Below are positions 9,310 through 17,094 of a DNA stretch of 17,094 nucleotides, one piece after another (positions within the stretch are counted from its first letter, which is position 1; each line of letters starts with the position of its first letter). Source of the stretch: Ginkgo biloba (lineage: Eukaryota > Plantae > Ginkgophyta); NCBI GenBank assembly GCA_024626585.2, contig JANKJI020000002.1, positions 118,701,857-118,718,950 on the forward strand, written 5' to 3'. The translations under genes and the position numbers were made by a program. The notes under the pieces are model-generated. The model did no database searches. It was not told the DNA's origin and saw only the letters and a program-made list of their open reading frames with translations.

Positions 9310-9933
9310 NNNNNNNNNNNNNNNNNNNNNNNNNNNNNNNNNNNNNNNNNNNNNNNNNNNNNNNNNNNNNNNNNNNNNNNNNNNNNNNNNNNNNNNNNNN
9401 NNNNNNNNNAATCTTTCTTGTTTTTGAAATTACAAAACCATTTCCTAAAACAACTTCTCGTTGGCAAGGGTGGAGAATACTCACAAACTTTGTCTCGATA
9501 TAATGGTTGAGTTTGAATGCTTAGGCATTCAATATTTACTAGAAATTCTAGGACCAAGTTTGAAATCATGGAAATATTTTTGCTTGCATGTGAGTGTGCA
9601 TGTGAGAGTGCAAAAGTCTATTTATTAAGAGCAATCGATAAATTTAGCATTGAATTCAATTTATTTGTAATGTCATGGTCCCCTATTTCAAAAACTTGGT
9701 TTACCTTTAAAGCCTCCCTAAACGTTTTTTTATTCCGTTAAATGTGCTAAATAAACAGTCATGGCCATTATTAACAAAGTGCATGTGTTTGAAAAAGCAA
9801 CTTACTTTCCATCAAAACATAGCTCCTAGGGTCGAATCAAATAAAGAATTTGTGTACATAGTCGCTAAACATGAGTAAGACTTTTTTCTTTTTTAAATAT
9901 ATATTTTAATTTTCACAGNNNNNNNNNNNNNNN

Positions 9934-10915
9934 AAGATGAGGTTCTCCAACGGCACCTCTAAAACGCCGTTACATCAAACGGACGGAAGACATTAAGTCG
10001 CAAACGTATGTCCCTCGTACAGCCTTGAACTGCTGCTGGTCTTCTAGCGTGTTTTCCCTGTAAGTGCACAGATTTTCATGTGAGCATTGACCCACACACC
10101 CCACATTGACTCTGATCACACAATGTATTTTAAATCAAACTGTTTATTATTGCCGTGACGGTGGGACCGACGTGCGTATGGATGCTGCCGCTCGGACGGA
10201 GGAGCTGACTCAGCTGAGAGACCCACAGCACCTTCAACGATTTGAGAAATTGAGATGGTCTGATCAGTGCAAAGATTTGAATGGTAATGGCAGGCCCGGG
10301 GGGTTAAATCAGACCAAGTTTTTTGCTACACCAAGGGGGGACCTCGATACAATGTGCATTGGAGAAATCGTCCAGATCCTTTTCCACGGAAGCATTCAAT
10401 GGCGGTTGGAAGTTGTCAAGAGAATCATGCCATCAAACCTGGGGTGTACCTTGTACTGGAAAGGTACGCTTGGCGATCTGCCTCCTACTGATGGCCCATG
10501 CCGTGATGTGCAGGTCAATTCTCTTAAAAAGCTTTAGAAAAAAAAAAAAAAATTTACAACGTATGTATATACGCAGTTCTGTTGTGAGTGAGGGTTTGGC
10601 GTGAGCACCACGGCCATTATCAAAAGAGGATGGCTAGGCTGTACGTCTGGCCTGTAGCCAGGCGGCGTCTCGGCCGTAGTTGATGACCCCAGCGGCCATT
10701 ATTCATGTTTTAATTAGGGTTTTAGGTCTTTACAGTTTGGTCGACTGAGATCCCCTAAGGATTCGGGCTTTTCTATGCTATACGAATTTTTTGCTTTATC
10801 CGAATAGACACCAGAGTCTAGACGAATTAATTTACCAGGCTCTTTCCAGTGTTTCTTTGTCAGAGTATGTGTTCCTGACGTGTGCGCACGCGTTTGGATC
10901 CCATGTCCTTCCAAA
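9934..10915. promoter_or_regulatory. CpG-rich island 2: candidate cis-regulatory region with clustered stress/defence-type motifs
   Basis: CpG-rich relative to the flanks. It contains tandem W-boxes TTGACC (10087-10092) and TTGACT (10106-10111), overlapping GTGGGACC/ACCGAC/ACGTG (10161-10174), AGCTGACTCAGCT (10203-10215), site II GGCCCA (10493-10498), a telo-box TAGGGTTT (10715-10722), TGACGTG (10876-10882) and a CAMTA-type ACGCGT (10888-10893). Confidence 0.5.
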
Positions 10916-13277
10916 AGAATACCTTAATTACATATAACCTTCTATTAAATATATAGACTACTCACTGATTATAAGTATGTCTCTAATTGTCATAGACCCT
11001 AAAAAATTCATTGTTGAAGTTGCATAAGTGCCATACCACAGGCATCCTCAAAAAATTTGAAATTTTTTATTTATTTTTAAATGTTTTGATTTGATTTAAT
11101 CAAGTTGAATATTTTTTTTATTTATTCCCTTAAATCATTTATCCCCTAGTTATATTACTAAGTATTTGACCATGGGCTCAAATGAAAATGTGTTTAATCT
11201 CATAAAAAGATCTTGACTTTATCTTTTTTTTCCCTTTAAGATATTTTTAGACTTTTTTTTGTCAATTTTTTATGTAATGACCTTACATCATCTGAATCTT
11301 GACTATAAATGCATGCTTAAGATCCTCTTTACATAATTCTATCTTAGTATCATTCCTTTTATTTTTTAAAGTTTTTATTTAGTAGTTATAATCTAAAATT
11401 TATGTACGTGTGCTTGAAATTTATTTGAAAATTATAATTATGTCAAGTATTTATGGTACTTGGAATTTTCAAGTATTTTGGCTTTGAAAATGATGACCTA
11501 TACAATACCAATGGATAAAGTCGTAGAATAATAGGACCGTAATCGAGAGGCCTTGGCAAAGTGATTGCCTGGTGGTTGAGATTACTCATCTTCAAGGGAG
11601 ACTTCGTCAATGAATGCATCCAAATTTATGAAAATTTATAGGAAATGCAAGTTTCTCTACTGAGATATCAATTGTAAGCTCTTCAAATGAGCATTGATGA
11701 CTTTATCTCTTCTTATCTTTGAAAATGTTTATTGTTGAATTATGTAAGTCTCAAAATGTAAAAAGGTATTATATAAAGNNNNNNNNNNNNNNNNNNNNNN
11801 NNNNNNNNNNNNNNNNNNNNNNNNNNNNNNNNNNNNNNNNNNNNNNNNNNNNNNNNNNNNNNNNNNNNNNNNNNNNNNCCGGTCAATCACGGCGATTCTT
11901 TGCATTCTGCATGGATTTAGCTTATTATAAATAAATAAATAATTCAATTTCATTTATTATTACGAATAATATCAAAAGAATTGCATTATCGTCATAATCA
12001 TGATCCATCCCGTGACGGTCAAAAGCATGTGCAAAGCCTAGGTTGGACTCGACAATAATGCACATTCATTTTTTGTATTAATCATAATATGATATCCGGA
12101 TACATCCTAAGCACTCCATCATGAGACCGTTCACCATCGTGGCGATTAATCAAAATAAAATAAAATAATACTAATATTCTAATAGCCGGTTCATTTTGTC
12201 ACGATTCTCTTGCCTTTGGATGGTGCCGTAGGGTGCGTAGCATTTTGGGGTCGTGGAGTAGTGGGTGGTGCAAACAAAAAGATAGGATATGATCAACTTT
12301 GCTAGCATCATTATGAACACTAGCCTCCAAGTATGTGCATAATCATCTTTGCATTGAAAGAAACAAAACAAGATCATGCTTCCGACAAAGTGATAGATTT
12401 AGTCCATGTTAATGGTGTGTGAGCCAGAAGTCAATAGCAACATTGATGGTGAGATCTAGGATTAAAATACATTTTGCATGCCTTTCTTTTTTATTTTTTT
12501 TATCAGTGTAAAATGATTACAATCCAGGAAAAAATTGCATTTTATACTTTGTCGGCAACAACCTTGGCTCATAACTCACTCCANNNNNNNNNNNNNNNNN
12601 NNNNNNNNNNNNNNNNNNNNNNNNNNNNNNNNNNNNNNNNNNNNNNNNNNNNNNNNNNNNNNNNNNNNNNNNNNNNNNNNNNNNNNNNNNNNNNNNNNNN
12701 NNNNNNNNNNNNNNNNNNNNNNNNNNNNNCTTCCTTATAGTATGATGTAACGTTTTTTTTTTTGTGTTCTTTCCATTTGTAGGTTTCCAATGTGTCCACA
12801 ACCTATTTTGGTTTCATCCTAAGCTATACTATAGGAGAAGCTCATTTGCTACCACAAATTTCATTTCACATTAAAGGTTCCCATCATGACAACTTTGTTT
12901 GAAGGCGATTTGTCAAATAAAATAAAATTGCCCATTCATCATGTTAATGGTGCATAACAAGCCATTATATGCTTTATTGTTAAAAACATTAATGATTCGA
13001 ACTATTTTGAAAGGTAATAATTATGCGAATATAAGGCTTCACAATAATAGATACTCTTGGTAAGAATGATTGAAACCCATTGCAAAGTTTATGAGAATAA
13101 TGCAAACCCATATGTTAGGTGGCTTTAATAATTATGATAACTTTAGTACGATAACATCTTATGTCAATTGTGATTTAAGCAAAGCATAGCATAATCATAA
13201 TTGTTTCTATTGTCATTTTCATTGAGTATATTGATTTTGCGAGAAAAATTCTATTCATATTGGAAATATTTATAAAA

Positions 13278-14168
13278 NNNNNNNNNNNNNNNNNNNNNNN
13301 NNNNNNNNNNNNNNNNNNNNNNNNNNNNNNNNNNNNNNNNNNNNNNNNNNNNNNNNNNNNNNNNNNNNNNNNNNNNNNNNNNNNNNNNNNNNNNNNNNNN
13401 NNNNNNNNNNNNNNNNNNNNNNNNNNNNNNNNNNNNNNNNNNNNNNNNNNNNNNNNNNNNNNNNNNNNNNNNNNNNNNNNNNNNNNNNNNNNNNNNNNNN
13501 NNNNNNNNNNNNNNNNNNNNNNNNNNNNNNNNNNNNNNNNNNNNNNNNNNNNNNNNNNNNNNNNNNNNNNNNNNNNNNNNNNNNNNNNNNNNNNNNNNNN
13601 NNNNNNNNNNNNNNNNNNNNNNNNNNNNNNNNNNNNNNNNNNNNNNNNNNNNNNNNNNNNNNNNNNNNNNNNNNNNNNNNNNNNNNNNNNNNNNNNNNNN
13701 NNNNNNNNNNNNNNNNNNNNNNNNNNNNNNNNNNNNNNNNNNNNNNNNNNNNNNNNNNNNNNNNNNNNNNNNNNNNNNNNNNNNNNNNNNNNNNNNNNNN
13801 NNNNNNNNNNNNNNNNNNNNNNNNNNNNNNNNNNNNNNNNNNNNNNNNNNNNNNNNNNNNNNNNNNNNNNNNNNNNNNNNNNNNNNNNNNNNNNNNNNNN
13901 NNNNNNNNNNNNNNNNNNNNNNNNNNNNNNNNNNNNNNNNNNNNNNNNNNNNNNNNNNNNNNNNNNNNNNNNNNNNNNNNNNNNNNNNNNNNNNNNNNNN
14001 NNNNNNNNNNNNNNNNNNNNNNNNNNNNNNNNNNNNNNNNNNNNNNNNNNNNNNNNNNNNNNNNNNNNNNNNNNNNNNNNNNNNNNNNNNNNNNNNNNNN
14101 NNNNNNNNNNNNNNNNNNNNNNNNNNNNNNNNNNNNNNNNNNNNNNNNNNNNNNNNNNNNNNNNNNNN
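13278..14168. other. Largest assembly gap (891 N). Other gaps: 1202-1239, 4294-4393, 4972-4986, 5459-5558, 7319-7418, 9310-9409, 9919-9933, 11779-11878, 12584-12729, 15353-15377
   Basis: Runs of N counted directly. The five gaps of exactly 100 N are probably placeholders of unknown size. Confidence 0.99.
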
Positions 14169-16457
14169 TGAGAAACAAACACAAAAGCATAAAGTCTCTA
14201 GTAAATTAGATGGTGCCAAAAGGGGATAAAGGTAAGAAAATGTTAAATGAAGTGGCTAAAAAAAAGAAGAGGCACATCAAGAATCAATTTCCTTCAAAGT
14301 GAGGAGGGGGATGTCTTCTTTAATCATAGACTTATCCAAAACATTATTAGGGAGCACTACCAATTAGTTTGGTAGGCTAGAGACACCACCACACAAAGGC
14401 TAAAAGTAACTAGCATCATATTCATCAAGGTAAAATCTCTCCCTCTCCATATAATGGAAAGTCTTAATGGAATCATGGAGAAAGAAATAACCAAGGAGGA
14501 AATCAAAATAATGAGAAAAATGGAATTCAAAAATTCCTTGAGGCCAAATAGATTTCTAATCGAATTTTATAATCTTGTTGCTAAAGACAAAATAATTCCT
14601 TTGCTTTGAGAGGTTTAATAGGAGGCCTTCTCGAAGGGGAATCTCCACCCTTCCATTAATTCCACTATATTGTCTTTAGTGTCAAGAAAATCAAAACTAT
14701 TTACCTTGAAACATTGGAGATCCATCAATCTCTACAATACCTCTTATAAGATAATAGCCAAGGTCATATTAGAGAGGCTGGTATCTTTCGTACAAGAGTT
14801 AGGAGGAGATTCGTAACTAGTCTTCATCATAGATCAAGAGATTATTGATAATATAACAATGGTAGTAGAGTCTATTCACATAGCTATAACAATGAAGATT
14901 CCCCTAATACTTCTTAAGCTTGATGTAAGCAAGGATTATAACATTGTTGAATGGGACTATATTCTGATCGTGCTAAGTTATCAAGGCCTTTATTGGACAA
15001 ATCTTAAATAATTTAAAGCCATTCTCAAGACAAAAAAAATTTAGCATAGCTGTCAATGGCAAGATCACTCTAGTTATCCATGCCTTTAGGGGTATTAGAC
15101 AAGGATGTCTCCTCTCTTCTTATTCTTATGTAATAGCAATGGAAGTCTTTTCAACTTTATATAAATGGATTAGAAAAGAAAGTATGTTGGGTAGATTTCT
15201 TACAGATGGCAATAGGATGATTATCAATCACCAACTTTTTGTAGATAACATTACCCTTCTTGGTACTTCCTGAATAGGCAAAGTAATAGTTTGAGATCAA
15301 ACACTTAAAGAATCTATGCTTTAGCATCATGACAATAGATTAATGGGGATAANNNNNNNNNNNNNNNNNNNNNNNNNCATCTGGGGTACAATATAAGAAT
15401 ATAAAACACATATGGAAGAGTACTTAAACATTTCCTTGAGGGAGGATGATGAACAAATAAGATATTCAGGAGTTCCTTTGGGCTTCAATAAGCTTAAAGT
15501 GTTTGATTGGGAACCTTTCCTCAATAGAATAAGGACTAAGTTAGATCCCTAGCCAAAACAAATTTTTAAGTCTAATAGGTAGGAGGATAATTTATCAATC
15601 AACATTATCCTAAATGCCCAATTATATCGTGTCTCTCCTTTAATCTCCCATAATAGTATTAAGAAGACTTTAAAACATGGCAATAAGATTTTTGTGGTCT
15701 ACTCCTTAAAAAATCATAAGGCCATATTACCTGATAGGATGAATAAAGGTTGTAACTCTCAAATAGAAGGGAGGGATAGAAATAAGAGATCCACTTTTAC
15801 TCTCAAATATATAAGTGGTAAATAGATGCTAAGACCTTTTTAATTAACATTTGTAAAGTGGAAGAGTATCCTCCTCAATAAATATTATGGGGATCTAACA
15901 ACAAAGGAGGTCCTCAAGGGTTTCATCCTAAGGTTAGGAGGAATAGAAGCATAGAGTATGATCACTAAGTACCAATCATACACTGTCTAAAATACTTTTC
16001 TTTCCTTAGGATAGGTGGGTAAAGAAACTGACTTATAAACAAATAAATAGGCTCCCCCAAGCCAAATCCCTTTCACTCAAAGGGTCCAATTATGGGAAAT
16101 CATAGATCTTTATAGAGCTCTTAGTTTCACAAAAATCTCATACTCTTATGATTACTAAAATAATGGTTGGAAGAAAATTACTAACCTCTTCATAGATAAA
16201 AACATATTCTTAGATCATCATTTAGTTATTCTAGCAAATTAATTAAATGATATAATCAACTCCATATATCTTTTAATAACTAGAATTCATCTATCTCAAT
16301 AAGAAAGCCTAAGATTCATCTAACTAGATAACATCTTCAACACTAAAGAATTATATGAGCATATTCATCAAAGAGACAATGCCCTAAGAGAGAGACCCAT
16401 CTAGTTAGGTGGGCTTGGATCTAGTGGAATAAGGATCAATGGAGGCACAAACTTATT
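14169..16457 (+). mobile_element. Degenerate L1-clade LINE retrotransposon, ORF2 pseudogene (linker, reverse transcriptase, start of zf-RVT)
   Basis: Ordered motifs: KSLVN*..KGDK (14192; ~KSRxxWxxxGDxNT), ITKEEIK...NSLRPNRFLIEFY (about 14487-14570; ~KSPGPDGF..EFY), NSTILSLVSRK, WRSINLYNTSYKIIAK (14715; ~RPISLCNxxYKIIxK), IIDNI..ESIH, LLKLDVSKDYNIVEWDY (14910), VNG...RGIRQGCLLS (15088), HQLFVDN (FVDN at 15238; ~FADD), RYSGVPLG (15460), RFLWS, GGxxIRD-like, FNTKELYEHI (about 16336). Many stops and frameshifts. Confidence 0.93.
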
Positions 16458-17094
16458 TGTCACAACCCAATCAACCCTAGTCCTAGGAAAGTCAAACTTG
16501 GTCAAATATGGTCAACATGGTTAAAAGAACTTGAAATGTTAAGAAAGTTCCTAATGAGGATTGGAAACTCTTAACTGCTAAGAGAACCCTTAAGAAAGAC
16601 TTGAAATTGCATAACTATATGTTAGTGCTAAGCCTAATAATCAACGTAGATGGTGGGACCCTAGGAAGATACTTAAGGAGCCTTAAAAGGGGTCAAATCC
16701 TACCTCAGGCTAAGCGCCCCTTATCTTAGGACTAAATTGTCCCTTAGCTTAAGGCGACTTGGCTTAAAACTATACTTTTTGACCAACCAACCTTGGGAGA
16801 CGTCTTGCAACACGCATACCTATAAAAGTAGGTTGGAGGAAGTCATTTCATCATCGTCTCTCCTTGCTTTCTATGCCCTTCTTCCACTTAAATCCAACAT
16901 CTTTCTTCTAGAGCGAATTTACGTGTCCTGTCTATAGAAGGCTAACCTAAGGAGATGTACCTTCTACCAGATTGTTGTCCTAAACCCAACCAAAGGCTGC
17001 CATTGATTTTATACGACTTCCCTAAGGCCATTTTTTAAGAAAAAACCTTCCTTGTTGTCCTTGTGGAAGGTCAAACCCTTTTTAGGGGTCTTCC
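16458..17094 (+). mobile_element. Terminus of a Ty3/gypsy-type (Tekay/Del-like) LTR, running off the window end
   Basis: It begins TGTCACAACCC, a typical chromovirus-type LTR terminus, exactly where LINE-like sequence stops. There are GGTCAA repeats near 16490-16516 and a TATA box CCTATAAAAG at 16819-16828 followed by a CT-rich segment. The candidate TSD is TTATT (16453-16457). Orientation is inferred from the TATA box only. Confidence 0.65.

Noticed and set aside
9875-9918. GTAAGA...TTTTCACAG mini-intron
   Set aside because: Only 44 nt, shorter than normal plant introns, and no flanking exons are identifiable.
10099-10324. USE-like CCCCACATTG plus AT-rich box and T-run, suggesting a Pol III snRNA-type gene
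   Set aside because: Two mismatches to the USE core, a poor TATA box with short spacing, and no resemblance to U6, U3, 7SL or MRP downstream.
10681-10748. C/D-box snoRNA-like TGATGA...CTGA
   Set aside because: No terminal stem and no rRNA-complementary guide that I can recognise.
13175-14219. ORFs of more than 300 aa, and other X-containing ORFs elsewhere in the window
   Set aside because: Artefacts of reading through N runs.

Overview
AT-rich land-plant genomic scaffold; the style suggests a large, heavily methylated genome such as a gymnosperm's, which is inference only. It is broken by 11 N-gaps, five of exactly 100 N. The only credible host gene is the 3' terminal coding exon (212-748, +) of a BOI/SBP1-family RING-HC E3 ubiquitin ligase. 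Its 3' flank carries an old, diverged direct duplication of about 370-395 bp (about 930-1300 and 1541-1935). Most of the rest is decayed transposon DNA: a probable hAT (DUF659-type) transposase relic (about 2100-3170), a palindrome-rich element end (about 3430-4293), weak LTR-retrotransposon debris, and a clear L1-type LINE ORF2 pseudogene (14169-16457) interrupted by a Ty3/gypsy-type LTR starting TGTCACAACCC at 16458. Two CpG-rich, apparently non-coding islands (about 6510-7318 and 9934-10915) stand out from the CpG-depleted background. They are dense in plant transcription-factor motifs and are the best candidates for unannotated function (distal regulatory elements or a small transcription unit). 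I could not support a new multi-gene system from the sequence alone.
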